Assembly (NCBI GenBank): GCA_963796455.1
Contig: CAWCLO010000001.1
Span: 960,001 to 1,024,000, forward strand
Length of the DNA stretch: 64,000 bases
DNA from: Candidatus Sulfomarinibacteraceae bacterium
GTDB lineage: Bacteria; Acidobacteriota; Thermoanaerobaculia; Thermoanaerobaculales; Sulfomarinibacteraceae
Reading direction: 5' to 3'
Under the pieces are notes generated by a model. The model saw only the letters and a program-made list of their open reading frames with translations, ran no database searches and was not told the origin of the DNA. Position numbers and translations under genes: made by a program. Shown here piece after piece: positions 9,951 to 19,972 of this stretch. How positions within the stretch are numbered: the stretch's first letter is position 1; each line of letters begins with the position of its first letter.

Positions 9951-10904
9951 TCATCCACCAAGGTCCGATTCAACGTATTGCATCAAGTCGATGATCTTTT
10001 CGATCGCCAGTTCTCCCCCGCCCGGAAACTCGTCGAATCGTGACGTCTCTTCGAAGTTTTCCATGACCTGCCTGCCGGCTTCGCTCAGACCCAGATTGAG
10101 CAGGGTCGTTGTCAGACCCTCGACGATTCGCCGATCGAGATCACCGCGAACGCTCACCAGGTTCCGAGGCACCTCCTCCGAGGTGTGAATGAGCCGGAGC
10201 TCATCGATGCGGCTCCCAGCCAGATCCTCGTAATAATCGAGATTGACGGCACCTGCGACGACCTTTTCGTTGAGCACCCAGAACATGGTGGTTTCGGCAT
10301 CCTCCGAAAACACATAGCCGACCCTGTCCGGCGGGACCGAGGCAGCCGCATCCTCGAAGCGCGTCATTCTCAAATCCATCGCGACCAGATCGGCTTTCGG
10401 CAAGAGGAATCCCGAGGTGGAATAGGGCTCACCAAAGGCGATCATCTTGCCCACCAGGTCATCTGGAGCCGCCACGGCACCATCGGAACGAGCAAAAATC
10501 GCACTTCGATAGACCTGAGTTCCCCGCTTCCAGCGCCGTAGAATAACTTCGATCTCGGTGCGGGTCGAAACAAAACCGACCGGGAACGGGCTGTCGATAA
10601 ACACATCCACCGTTCCCGACCGAAGCTCCTCGACCATTTTGCTCATCGAATCGACGACAACCACCCGACCCCGGCCGATTCCGAATTCACCCATCTGGGC
10701 CGCCACATGCTGTGCAAACGGTAGGAATGTCTCATACTCGCTGGCTGGATTGAGCGATACGGCCCCGAAGGTGAGCGTCCCGGAGGCGGTCGCGGTCGGT
10801 GACTCGGTCGATGAGGTCTTCCTATTGCCGCCGTCGCCGCAATTCGAGAGCACCAGAACGAGGGCCGCGAGAAGAATCCTGCTCGCTGCCGATTGCATAC
10901 TCAT
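9951..10904 (-). CDS. PhnD/phosphate-phosphonate-type substrate-binding lipoprotein
   Basis: Lipobox LSNC; GKMIAFGEPYSTSGFLLP motif of the PhnD family. Confidence 0.8.
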   Translation of the reverse strand: MSMQSAASRILLAALVLVLSNCGDGGNRKTSSTESPTATASGTLTFGAVSLNPASEYETFLPFAQHVAAQMGEFGIGRGRVVVVDSMSKMVEELRSGTVDVFIDSPFPVGFVSTRTEIEVILRRWKRGTQVYRSAIFARSDGAVAAPDDLVGKMIAFGEPYSTSGFLLPKADLVAMDLRMTRFEDAAASVPPDRVGYVFSEDAETTMFWVLNEKVVAGAVNLDYYEDLAGSRIDELRLIHTSEEVPRNLVSVRGDLDRRIVEGLTTTLLNLGLSEAGRQVMENFEETSRFDEFPGGGELAIEKIIDLMQYVESDLGG

Positions 10905-12580
10905 TCCCCCACGGCGTCGCGAACGACCCGGTTTCGACCCGCCCGTTTTCCTTCATAGAGCGCCTCATCGGCTGCGGCAATGAGTTCGGGGCCGGTGACG
11001 ACCGATGGATAGTCCGCAACCCCACAGCTCAAGGTCGCTGAAAAAGACCCTTCTCCGGTATCGTGCTCGACGGCCGCAAAGTTTTTTCGAATTTCATCCA
11101 TCTTGTCAGCCGCCGCCGCTCCGTCCGTGTCCGGCATGACGACCACAAACTCATCACCACCAAAGCGCCCCAGAATATCGCTGATCCGCAGACGCTGGCG
11201 CAGGAGATAGGCCAGCGCCTTGAGAACCTGGTCCCCCACCAGATGCCCGAATTCGTCATTGACCTGCTTGAATCCATCGATGTCAAGCATCGCTACAGCC
11301 AACCGGCCCTCGGCCCGATCAGCCCGCCGCACCGCGACCTCGAGCTGCTCGATGATGCGGCTGTGGGAATACAGACCCGTCAATCCGTCACGTTCCATGA
11401 ACATCCGCAGGGTTCGCCCACGTTGGGCCCGGGCCTGCACTGCAGGAACCAGTTGCCCAGGAGGCACCGGCTTGGTGAAAAAATCGTCACAACCCTCGCC
11501 AAGCGCGGCGATTTGCTTCATCCGATCCTGTTCGACCGACAGAAAGACAATTGGAACGCCAACAAAGGCCTCTTCCTGCCGAATCACCATCGCCAACTCA
11601 ATGCCGCTGCAACCCGGCATATAAACATCCATCAGGATCACATCCGGCTGGAACTCGACCAGCTGTGCAATCACAAGGAGGGGGTCGGTCAGAATGACGG
11701 CCTCGAGACCGGCCGCTCGAAGGTGGCCGGCGTGATACTCCGCCACATCTTCTTCGTCATCGATGATCAGAATCCTGAAGGGATCCGGTTCGCGCCGGGT
11801 CAATCGATCGAGGGTCTCGAGAATTTGTCCGTAGTTGACGGGCTTGACAAAAAACGCGCTGCACCCGGCCCGCACCGCGTCGAGCCGAATTTTGAAATCC
11901 GAATGATTCGAGACAAAGACCAGCGGCACATCGTCGCCCAGGGCCTTTCGGACCTCGGTCGCGGATTGTTCCGCACTCGAATCTGCGGATGGAGACGAGA
12001 GGTCGACGATCACCGCTGCCGGTTTCCGGCCAACCTCCGCGGCTGCTACCTCCTCCACCCTCTTGTACATCTGGAGTTCGAAACCGAAGTGACCCAGCTG
12101 AAAGACAAGCTCATTGGCAAAGGGGCCTTCTTTTTCGACCACGACAATCAGGTTTCGCAGCTCGAAAATACGCGCCTCGGGTGAGCCCTCGACATCAACC
12201 AGGGACGAGGAGATCTCTTTGCGGGCATCTTCAGCTGCCGCCTCGGCGATCCTCTCAAACCAACCCAAAACCTCGCGGCTGTCGTGATCGGTCGGGGGGG
12301 AGGCGGCATCGATGATGGCGAGCAACTGCCGCTCGAGACGGCGAGCGGTACCGGCCATGGCGGGAAATCCAAGACTCCCCGCTGTTCCGACCAACCCGTG
12401 CACCGCGCGATGAAGATCTCGCGCGCCATCTTCTTCCCACTGACCGGCAAACAAGCCCAGCCAGAGTACGGTGAGTTCCTGCAGCCGCCCCGGCAGCTTG
12501 TCAGCGAAATTTGCACGCAGGCGAACCAACTCGGTTTCAAGTGATTTTCCGGACCGCTTCTGTCGCTTTTCATCCGTCAT
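10901..12580 (-). CDS. Hpt-REC-REC-GGDEF diguanylate cyclase
   Basis: Hpt (HGLVGTAGSLG), two receiver domains, GRFGGDEF active site with RISD I-site. Start placed at MTDEK. Confidence 0.9.
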   Translation of the reverse strand: MTDEKRQKRSGKSLETELVRLRANFADKLPGRLQELTVLWLGLFAGQWEEDGARDLHRAVHGLVGTAGSLGFPAMAGTARRLERQLLAIIDAASPPTDHDSREVLGWFERIAEAAAEDARKEISSSLVDVEGSPEARIFELRNLIVVVEKEGPFANELVFQLGHFGFELQMYKRVEEVAAAEVGRKPAAVIVDLSSPSADSSAEQSATEVRKALGDDVPLVFVSNHSDFKIRLDAVRAGCSAFFVKPVNYGQILETLDRLTRREPDPFRILIIDDEEDVAEYHAGHLRAAGLEAVILTDPLLVIAQLVEFQPDVILMDVYMPGCSGIELAMVIRQEEAFVGVPIVFLSVEQDRMKQIAALGEGCDDFFTKPVPPGQLVPAVQARAQRGRTLRMFMERDGLTGLYSHSRIIEQLEVAVRRADRAEGRLAVAMLDIDGFKQVNDEFGHLVGDQVLKALAYLLRQRLRISDILGRFGGDEFVVVMPDTDGAAAADKMDEIRKNFAAVEHDTGEGSFSATLSCGVADYPSVVTGPELIAAADEALYEGKRAGRNRVVRDAVGE

Positions 12581-12965
12581 CGGCGATCCTCCAAATCCCC
12601 TGAATCCGCTCTGCAAGAGTCATTGGATCGAATGGTTTGAGAATAACGTCGGCCGCGCCGGCAGCGCGAAGAGCTTGCAGGTCGTTCCCGTTGATCACCC
12701 CGGTCACGAATACGACTGGGGTTTTTTCGAAGCCGGCAAGGCATCGCATGCGGCGCAGGACTTCGATGCCTTCCATCTCCGGCATCAAGACATCAATCAT
12801 CACGAGATCCGGATCGAAGTCGGGCAGACGGCGGAGCAATTCGGGTCCCGAGTCACAGGTACACACCTCATATCCGCCGACGGTTTCAAGGGCGATCCGC
12901 GAGATCGCGAGAATATCGGGCTCGTCGTCAACGAGCAGGATTTTTTGTAACGAAATCCTTGGCAC
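12570..12965 (-). CDS. Single-domain response regulator
   Basis: LLVDDE, DVLMPEMEG, FVTG and KPF receiver motifs. Confidence 0.9.
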   Translation of the reverse strand: MPRISLQKILLVDDEPDILAISRIALETVGGYEVCTCDSGPELLRRLPDFDPDLVMIDVLMPEMEGIEVLRRMRCLAGFEKTPVVFVTGVINGNDLQALRAAGAADVILKPFDPMTLAERIQGIWRIADDG

Positions 12966-13039
12966 GACTTCTACCCCATTTCAATATCGAGCCGAACTCG
13001 AAGGACGGGGGCCTCCTGATCCCCGCCAGGCTCAAACCT

Positions 13040-13540
13040 CTACTGCATCGCTGCCGAAACTTCCCCCGTATCGACCGGGGTCCACAATTCGCTTCGACCG
13101 AGCAGCGACACCCCGATAAAACCACGCACCTTGAGATCTCCACCCTCGGTGAGGCGTATCTTGCACTTATAGGTCTTGCCGTTTTCGGGGTCGTAGATCT
13201 TCCCCTTGTTCCAATTCCCGTCGCCGGCAAATTGAAACCCAAACAACAACTTCAACCCCACGATCGGTCTCGAACGCAGGCTGGGATCCGGGTTTTCGGT
13301 ATCGGTTTTGATTTCACCGACGGTCCCGTGCACATCCCCCTCCTGATAGACGGGGATCTCCATCCAGATGATTTTGCCCTCGTAGGTGCCCCCTACCTCA
13401 TAGATCTCGATGTGAGCCTGACCAACATCTGAATCGGGATTGGTCGCCCACACACCCACAATGTCATCGGCGTCGCCGGCTGCAACGAGCGAAGCAGCCG
13501 ACACCAACAAAAGCACGCCTAAAATCGCGGTTCGCTTCAA
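13040..13540 (-). CDS. DUF2147-family secreted protein
   Basis: Signal peptide from TTG at 13540; NPDPSLRSRPIVGL...GKIYDPENGKTY...VRGFIG motif. Confidence 0.85.
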   Translation of the reverse strand: MKRTAILGVLLLVSAASLVAAGDADDIVGVWATNPDSDVGQAHIEIYEVGGTYEGKIIWMEIPVYQEGDVHGTVGEIKTDTENPDPSLRSRPIVGLKLLFGFQFAGDGNWNKGKIYDPENGKTYKCKIRLTEGGDLKVRGFIGVSLLGRSELWTPVDTGEVSAAMQ

Positions 13541-13655
13541 ATTCTCGTCCCTTCCGGGATTACCGACCTGGAAATCATAACCCGGAAAGGCAAACCGTCG
13601 ATCTTCAACAACCATTGCTGTGACGGAGAGGGAGCGTCGGTAGTAGAGTGAAATC

Positions 13656-14168
13656 ATGGTGAGATCGAATCGACGCCGGTTTCTGACAGTTCGATCGGGG
13701 TGTCTCGGTCTCTTGATGATTGCAGCACAGGGCTGTTTCGGGCCCGGCCCACCTCCCGAAAAACCAACAGACGAACGAGTTGCAGCCAACAACAGCAGCT
13801 TCGGAATTCCCTACGGGCAGTTCATCCTGATCCGCACCGGCGATCGGTTCGTGGCCTTGCGCGTCAACGCAGCATCCGGGGTCGGAAATCAGATCGACTA
13901 CGAGTGGTACGCGCCGGAGCCCGGCAGCAGTGATTTCCAGAATGCCCACCAGCGCTTCGGTACCGCGGTCGAAGGACGCTTTCTCGGCCGGATCGACGCT
14001 GGACCGCTCAGTCTCAACTGGTCAAGAGGTTCGGCTGAGCTGGGCTGGATCTACTGGCCGGCCCCGGAGGTCGGTCTGAACGTCTGCTCGCGCACCTTTT
14101 CAAGCCTCGATGACATCGAGGCTGATTTGACTCGGCTGACCTTTTATTCGCAGGAGATGTTCGAGTAA
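13656..14168 (+). CDS. Hypothetical lipoprotein, possibly Tat-exported
   Basis: SNRRRFL twin-arginine-like motif and AQGC lipobox; fills the gap between flanking genes. Confidence 0.55.
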   Translation: MVRSNRRRFLTVRSGCLGLLMIAAQGCFGPGPPPEKPTDERVAANNSSFGIPYGQFILIRTGDRFVALRVNAASGVGNQIDYEWYAPEPGSSDFQNAHQRFGTAVEGRFLGRIDAGPLSLNWSRGSAELGWIYWPAPEVGLNVCSRTFSSLDDIEADLTRLTFYSQEMFE

Positions 14169-14228
14169 CGCCACGCACAAGGGAAACTGGGCGACCGGCA
14201 ACCATTTCCGCTCCCGATCCCGTTCCCG

Positions 14229-14437
14229 AAAGGGAGAAAGGGAGAAAGGGAGAAAGGGAGAAAGGGAGAAAGGGAGAAAGGGAGGGGAACCGTACCGGAA
14301 ACTTCGTTCGTGATAAGGAACGGGTGTCCTCTGCTCCTCTGCTCCTCTGCTCCTCTGCTCCTCTGCTCACTCTGCTCCTCTGCTTCTGCTCCTCTGCTCC
14401 TCTGCTCCTCTGCTCCTCTGCCCTCTGCTCCTCTGCT
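14229..14437. repeat. (AAAGGGAG)x7 array, short spacer, imperfect (CTCTGCTC)n array
   Basis: Seven perfect 8-mers at 14229-14284; imperfect CTCTGCTC array at about 14327-14437; the spacer is shared with 47617-47656. Confidence 0.95.
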
Positions 14438-14450
14438 ATCCTCCCTCCCC

Positions 14451-16373
14451 ATGATTACGGTCACCGATCTCGCCAAGGCTTATGGCAGCCAAACGCTGTT
14501 CCAGGGGGTGAATTTTCAACTCAACCCGGGGAGTCGATATGGGTTGGTCGGGGCCAACGGTTCGGGCAAGAGCACGCTCCTTCGCGTCCTCGCGGGTGAA
14601 GAAGAAGCAAGCGAGGGTGCGGTTTCGATGCCAAAGAGGCTTCGCCTCGGCGTGCTCGCACAGGATCATTTCCGTTATGAGAACAAACCGATCATCGATG
14701 TCACGATGATGGGCCACCAGGAGCTCTGGCAGGCCTTGGCCGAGAAGGATCGAATCCTCGAGGCGTCGGCGGAACATTTTGATGGCGATCGCTACGCCGA
14801 GGTCGAAGACCTGATCGTGAGTCTCGACGGGTACAGCTTCGAGGCCCGATCGAGCGAAATCCTCGAGGGGCTCGGCATCCCGACCGAAATCCACCGCGAA
14901 CCCCTGTCGACTCTTTCCGGCGGTTTCAAACTTCGAGTCCTTCTGGCCCAGGTCCTCGCCGCGGATCCGGGTGTCCTGCTCCTGGACGAACCGACCAACC
15001 ACCTCGACATCATTTCAATTCGTTGGCTCGAGAAATTTCTCGCGACCTACCGCGGCTGCGCAATCGTGATCTCCCACGACCACCGCTTCCTCGACAATGT
15101 CTGTACCAATATCCTCGATGTCGACTATGAGACCGTCACCCTCTACACCGGTAACTACAGCGATTTCACCAAGGCCAAGATCGCCGAAAGGGATCGGAAA
15201 GAAGGCGAGATCGCCCGTCAGGAAAAAAAGATCGCCCAGCAGCAAGCCTTCGTCGATCGTTTCAGGGCCAAGGCAACCAAGGCGCGGCAAGCGCAGAGCA
15301 AGCTCAAACAGATGGACCGTATCGAAGTCCTGACGCTCGCCCGATCGTCACGGAGATACCCGATCTTTCGCTTCAAGCAAACACGCCCGAGCGGCAAAGA
15401 GGCGCTCAATGTGGAGGGTCTCGATAAATCATTTGAAGACAACCAGGTGCTTCGCGGCATCAACCTCAACGTCCGCCGAGGAGACCGCCTCGCGATCATC
15501 GGTCCAAACGGAATCGGAAAATCGACTTTTCTCAAGATCGCCGTTGGTGAACTCGAGGCGGATCGCGGTGAACTCAAATGGGGCCACGAGGTGAGGCCCG
15601 GCTACTTCGCCCAGGATCACCGGCAATCGCTCAGCGGTCGAGACGTCACCGTAGAGAGCTGGCTGGCGGCGTTCTGCATCGGTGAAGGAACAGGGCCGGT
15701 CCGGAGCCGTCTCGGCCAGGTGCTTTTTTCGGGTGACGATGTGGAGAAACGGCTGTCGAGTCTGTCCGGTGGCGAGGCGGCACGATTGATTTTTGCTCGT
15801 TTGGTGGCCGAACAACCCAACGTGCTGGTCCTCGACGAACCTACGAACCATCTCGACCTCGAAGCGATTGAAGCCCTGGTTGCCGGGCTCGAAGCCTACG
15901 ACGGGACCTTGATTTTCGTTTCTCACGATCGTTGGTTCGTCTCCCGTCTCGCGACCCGGGTCCTCGAGATCACCCACGAAGGTCTCAACGACTACCGGGG
16001 GACCTACGATGAGTATCTGGCCAGTTGTGGCGACGATCACCTCGATGCCGATGCCGCCGTCTTGCGCGTGCGACGTGACAAACGCCACCGCAAGCGGGGC
16101 GCCTCGAAGGCACCCAAACCCAAAAACAGCGGCGACGTTGCAGCCAAGCGGAAGCGGATCATGCTCCGTCGCGATGTGGTCACCGCGGCCATCGAAAACA
16201 CCGAGGCGCGAATCGAGGAGATCGATGCCGCGTTCTGCAAACCCGGCTTTTTCGAAAAAAACTCGAAACAAAAGACCCGGTCCATGCAACAGGAACGGGA
16301 CAAAAAAGCATTGGAGCTCGAAAAGCTGATGGCGGAATGGGAAGAGCTCGAGGCCAAGTTGGAAGAGAATTAG
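14451..16373 (+). CDS. ABC-F family ATPase
   Basis: Two NBDs (GANGSGKS, LSGG, LDEPTNHLD; GPNGIGKS, LSGGE), no TM segments, C-terminal coiled coil. Start at MITVTDL. Confidence 0.93.
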   Translation: MITVTDLAKAYGSQTLFQGVNFQLNPGSRYGLVGANGSGKSTLLRVLAGEEEASEGAVSMPKRLRLGVLAQDHFRYENKPIIDVTMMGHQELWQALAEKDRILEASAEHFDGDRYAEVEDLIVSLDGYSFEARSSEILEGLGIPTEIHREPLSTLSGGFKLRVLLAQVLAADPGVLLLDEPTNHLDIISIRWLEKFLATYRGCAIVISHDHRFLDNVCTNILDVDYETVTLYTGNYSDFTKAKIAERDRKEGEIARQEKKIAQQQAFVDRFRAKATKARQAQSKLKQMDRIEVLTLARSSRRYPIFRFKQTRPSGKEALNVEGLDKSFEDNQVLRGINLNVRRGDRLAIIGPNGIGKSTFLKIAVGELEADRGELKWGHEVRPGYFAQDHRQSLSGRDVTVESWLAAFCIGEGTGPVRSRLGQVLFSGDDVEKRLSSLSGGEAARLIFARLVAEQPNVLVLDEPTNHLDLEAIEALVAGLEAYDGTLIFVSHDRWFVSRLATRVLEITHEGLNDYRGTYDEYLASCGDDHLDADAAVLRVRRDKRHRKRGASKAPKPKNSGDVAAKRKRIMLRRDVVTAAIENTEARIEEIDAAFCKPGFFEKNSKQKTRSMQQERDKKALELEKLMAEWEELEAKLEEN

Positions 16374-17060
16374 GGATTAGGATATTTCCAATTTCGAATT
16401 TCGGATTTCGAATTTCGGATTTCGGATTTCGGATTTCGGATTTCGGATTTTCGCCAACCCATCACATAAGAAACCGCAGATCACGCAGATGACATGAGGC
16501 CGTCCCGGCACTGGCCGATTGTCATCCTGAGCGACGGAGCTTCGCGACCGAGTCGAAGGATCTGCGCGGATAAGGAATCGCTTTCGATGTGGCGGCGATT
16601 CCGACCCGGCTGGGAGCAATCCGTATCTCCCTTTCCCCCCTGCTCCCTTTCTCCCCCCCCCCCCTTCGCCATTGGTCCGCCCAATTTCGGAATCGGGATC
16701 GGGATCGGAACTGTCGTTCAAGATGTCATCCTGAGCGAAGCGCCTGTGGCGCGGAGTCGAAGGATCTGCGGCCTTGGGTCTCTCCCGTGTGCGCCATAGA
16801 TCCTTCGACTACGCCTCTGCGGGGCTGCGCTCAGGATGACATCGGGAGGCGCCATTCGTGTGCTGGGAAAATCCGTAACCTGTGGTTCCCCCTTTCGGGA
16901 AAGCGTGCGAATCGCGAGTGGGGTAAGAAAGATGGACCATTGGTTGCCCATCGATAGCGATTCCGATAGCGATAGCAAGAGGAAGCCGAGCCGCCCCTCA
17001 GCCCCCGTGCCCCTCTACCATCCTGGTTCGTGCATCCTGCATCCTGCATCCTGCATCGAG
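16374..17060. repeat. Composite intergenic repeat locus (TTCGGAT array, AAACCGCAGATCACGCAGATGA motif, GTCATCCTGAGCG palindromes, CATCCTG array)
   Basis: Modules shared with 28903-29100, 48010-48240 and 52083-52160. Confidence 0.9.
16722..16843. repeat. REP/MITE-like palindromic element
   Basis: Perfect inverted pairs GATGTCATCCTGAGCG/CGCTCAGGATGACATC and AGTCGAAGGATCT/AGATCCTTCGACT. Confidence 0.85.
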
Positions 17061-17094
17061 TATCCCGATCTCAACTCACTCCTGACGCCGATCG

Positions 17095-18354
17095 TTATGA
17101 ACGTCGCACGGCGTGCATGGTGAATCCATCGCCGTCGGGGTTGGGCAGGATTCGGCAACCTCCAGTCGGGGTCGGGATCCACGGTGCGCCTTCGGGCATC
17201 GCCGCAGAGAGATTCTCGATCGCGAAACCCTCGGACAACCTGGAGACGACACCCTCATTCTCCTCTGGCTCGACCGAACAGGTCGAGTAGAGCAGAACCC
17301 CACCCGGCGCGACGAGCCCGAGCGCGGATTCAAAGAGCGCCCTCTGTTTGACGGCCATCTCTTGCACCGACTCCGGGCGCAAACGCCACTTGAGCTCCGG
17401 GTGGCGGCGAAAGGTCCCGCTCCCGGAACAGGGCGCATCGAGGAGAACCAGATCCCAGGATTCGGGCGCAAAGGGCGGTTGCATTGCGTCCGCCACCACC
17501 ACCGATTGCCCGGCCCAGCTCTCGAGAGTCCGCGCCATCATTCGCACCCTTTGAGGTGACACATCGGCCGCAACCCGCAGAGTGCCAAGGTCATTTTTCG
17601 CCATCAAAGCGGACTTCCCGCCAGGTGCGGCACAGAGGTCGATCACCCGGCCGGCCGTTCCCGTCAAACTCCCGGCGATATGCGCCACCAGCTGCGAACT
17701 CGGATCCTGGGCATAGGCTCTGCGCGCCGCAACCACCTGGACGAGATCCGCCGCTTTGCCCGGGGCCGTCCAGCAATCCGGCATCCAGGGGTGCGCTTCG
17801 AGTTCCACCCCATCCGCGGCGAGGGCCCGCCGGCCGTCATCATCGAGGAACCACACCCAGGTGACGGCCCCTTCCTGGGATGCCGCCATCGACTCCTTCG
17901 CTGGGCCGGAATCGAAGTTTTCGAGCCACCGTTGATAGAGCCACCCTGGATGGGAAAGCCGAATATCGATCGATGAGCTCTCGAGTATTTCGGGCCAACC
18001 GGCGGCCGCCTTGCGGAGGATCGCGTTGACCATCCCCGCAGCGGAGGATCGGCCAAGGCGGCGGGCCAGGCGAACGGCACCATCGGTGGCAAGCGCCGGA
18101 GGAACGTCCAGACGCATTACCTCGACCAGACCCAGGCGCAGGACCACCCGGACTTCCGGATCGAGTTTCTCGAGGTCCTTTCGACACCACTGCTGAAGCA
18201 CCACATCCAGGGCGCGCAGACAGCGGAGAACTTCGAGCACCCGAATCCTGACTGCCGGTGGTGAACCGCCGGCCATCAACCGGGAGGAGAAGGCCCCACC
18301 CTCGACCCGCAGCAGAAGGCGCGCGGCCGTCAGGCGATCAGCCGAAAGCCTCAC
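17095..18354 (-). CDS. rsmB: 16S rRNA m5C967 methyltransferase RsmB/Sun
   Basis: NusB-like N-terminus; QDPSSQ, DLCAAPGGKS, DAPCSGSG and YSTCS motifs; directly follows fmt. Confidence 0.9.
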   Translation of the reverse strand: MRLSADRLTAARLLLRVEGGAFSSRLMAGGSPPAVRIRVLEVLRCLRALDVVLQQWCRKDLEKLDPEVRVVLRLGLVEVMRLDVPPALATDGAVRLARRLGRSSAAGMVNAILRKAAAGWPEILESSSIDIRLSHPGWLYQRWLENFDSGPAKESMAASQEGAVTWVWFLDDDGRRALAADGVELEAHPWMPDCWTAPGKAADLVQVVAARRAYAQDPSSQLVAHIAGSLTGTAGRVIDLCAAPGGKSALMAKNDLGTLRVAADVSPQRVRMMARTLESWAGQSVVVADAMQPPFAPESWDLVLLDAPCSGSGTFRRHPELKWRLRPESVQEMAVKQRALFESALGLVAPGGVLLYSTCSVEPEENEGVVSRLSEGFAIENLSAAMPEGAPWIPTPTGGCRILPNPDGDGFTMHAVRRS

Positions 18355-19276
18355 CCGAGCTCACTCGCTCGCCGATCAGAAACGCATCCGCCGGCATCCG
18401 GCGACGGCCCTCGCGCTGCATCTCCGTGATCTTGGCAGCCGAACCGCGACCGCAGCGGACCACGATGCCATCCCCTTCGGCGATGAGGACGACTCCCGGT
18501 TCTTCTGAGCCCGGCGGTGGAGGTTTGACCTCCTCGAGACCGAAAATCTTCATTCGGCCGCCACGAAACTTGGTGTAGAGACCGGGCCAAGGCGAAAACC
18601 CCCGCAGACGATTCACCAGTTGACGCGCCGGCATCGTCCAATCCACTTTGGCGAAGTTGCGTCGCAACATCGGAGTCGTGTTGGATCCATCGGCGGGCTG
18701 CGGGCGAGGCGTCACCGTGCCCTCCTCGAGGGCGTCGAGAGTCTTCACGATCAACCGGGCACCGATCTCCGCCAGACGAGGACTCAGCATCTCGGCTGTT
18801 TCTTCATCCTCGATCGTGACCCGTTCCTGGAGAAGGAGCGGTCCGGTGTCCATTCCTTCATCGACCTGCATCGTCGTGACCCCGGTCGCCCGGTCGCCAC
18901 AAACGAGTGCCCACTGAATAGGTGACGGTCCCCTGTGGCGCGGCAACAGACTTGGGTGGAGGTTGACGAACCCATGTTCGAGGAGGGTGAGGAGCCGAGC
19001 GGGTATCAGCTTGCCGTAGGCCACCACCACAGCCACGTCGGCGCCGATTTCCGCCAGAGAATCGTCGATCTCCTTTGATTTGAGCGTCTTCGGCTGCACG
19101 ATTGGTATCTCGCGGTCTTGTACGAGTTCGACCACGGGGGGTGAAGACAGTACCTGGCGGCGCCCGACGGGTCGATCGGGCCGGGATACGACGAGCACGA
19201 CCTCGTGCCGGCTTTCGATCAACCGCTCGAGGGTCGGTACGGCGAATTCAGGGGTTCCAAAAAAGACGACCTTCAT
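18338..19276 (-). CDS. fmt: Methionyl-tRNA formyltransferase
   Basis: FFGTPEFA, NLHPSLLPRHRGPSPI and MDTGP motifs. Confidence 0.96.
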   Translation of the reverse strand: MKVVFFGTPEFAVPTLERLIESRHEVVLVVSRPDRPVGRRQVLSSPPVVELVQDREIPIVQPKTLKSKEIDDSLAEIGADVAVVVAYGKLIPARLLTLLEHGFVNLHPSLLPRHRGPSPIQWALVCGDRATGVTTMQVDEGMDTGPLLLQERVTIEDEETAEMLSPRLAEIGARLIVKTLDALEEGTVTPRPQPADGSNTTPMLRRNFAKVDWTMPARQLVNRLRGFSPWPGLYTKFRGGRMKIFGLEEVKPPPPGSEEPGVVLIAEGDGIVVRCGRGSAAKITEMQREGRRRMPADAFLIGERVSSGEAFG

Positions 19277-19358
19277 CCGCGCAGTGTACACGAAGATTCG
19301 GTCTCAATTCACTGTCAAGATCGGATCCTGTCAGGGCGATGTCCCGCAGGTTATGCAG

Positions 19359-19808
19359 GATCACTCTTGTCCCAGACAGAGTCTCGGATAGCGTGCAGGG
19401 ACAGCGCCAGAGAACGGTCGACAGCGTCAGCGAACTGGAGTCAGGGGCAGTGTTCAGCTATCAGCACTCAATTCGTCGGGTTCAAGAGCCGCAAGATAAT
19501 GGCCCGAACCTGATCGAAGGTGTTCATCGCCTCACGGGCGCCCGCCCACCGGCCACCCCGTTCCGTTGCACAACCCGGAGGTGGTGGCCACGCCGCCACC
19601 TGGACTCCTGAACGCTGCCGCCGATCGCTGCAAACTGATCGCTGACCGTTGTTCCCTGTCGCTGATCACTGTCGCTGCCGCTGCAATTCGGACGCGGACG
19701 AGGACGCGGGCACGGGGCAACGGCGAACCGAATATGCCCAAAACCAACCCGTAAACCCCGTGTTGTCAATCGGGCAACTTCAGATCACGATCTGTTTTGG
19801 ACAGCACT
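19359..19808. mobile_element. Copy A: L/R-framed element with four-helix-bundle gene remnant (minus strand, 19468-19540) plus shared ~100-bp module
   Basis: L end GATCACTCTTGTCC..., R end CACTGTCGCTGCCGCTGCAATTCGG; remnant reads EAMNTFDQVRAIILRLLNPTN*; colinear with the reverse complement of 39783-40293. Confidence 0.75.
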
Positions 19809-19972
19809 GATACAGGAAGATAGTCGATTCACCTGACGGCTTGCCACTGGTCGAGTGCGATGAATCCTGAATCCTGAGTCCTGTGGCCTGAATCCCGTTA
19901 CCGGGCGGGTTGGAAATAACTGAGAACTCATATACATTCCACTGTTCTGAGTAGATTGAACGGAGTGTGCTC

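Noticed and set aside
14310..14450. 47-aa N-terminal extension of ABC-F in the ORF track
   Set aside because: It is read-through of the CTCTGCTC array; the ABC-F sequence starts at MITVTDL (14451).
16377..17123. Short ORFs in repeat loci (also at 14014-14476, 28936-29590, 47576-48199)
   Set aside because: Low-complexity translations of STRs and palindromes (SPFLPF, IRNPKS, VILSE) with no protein signature.
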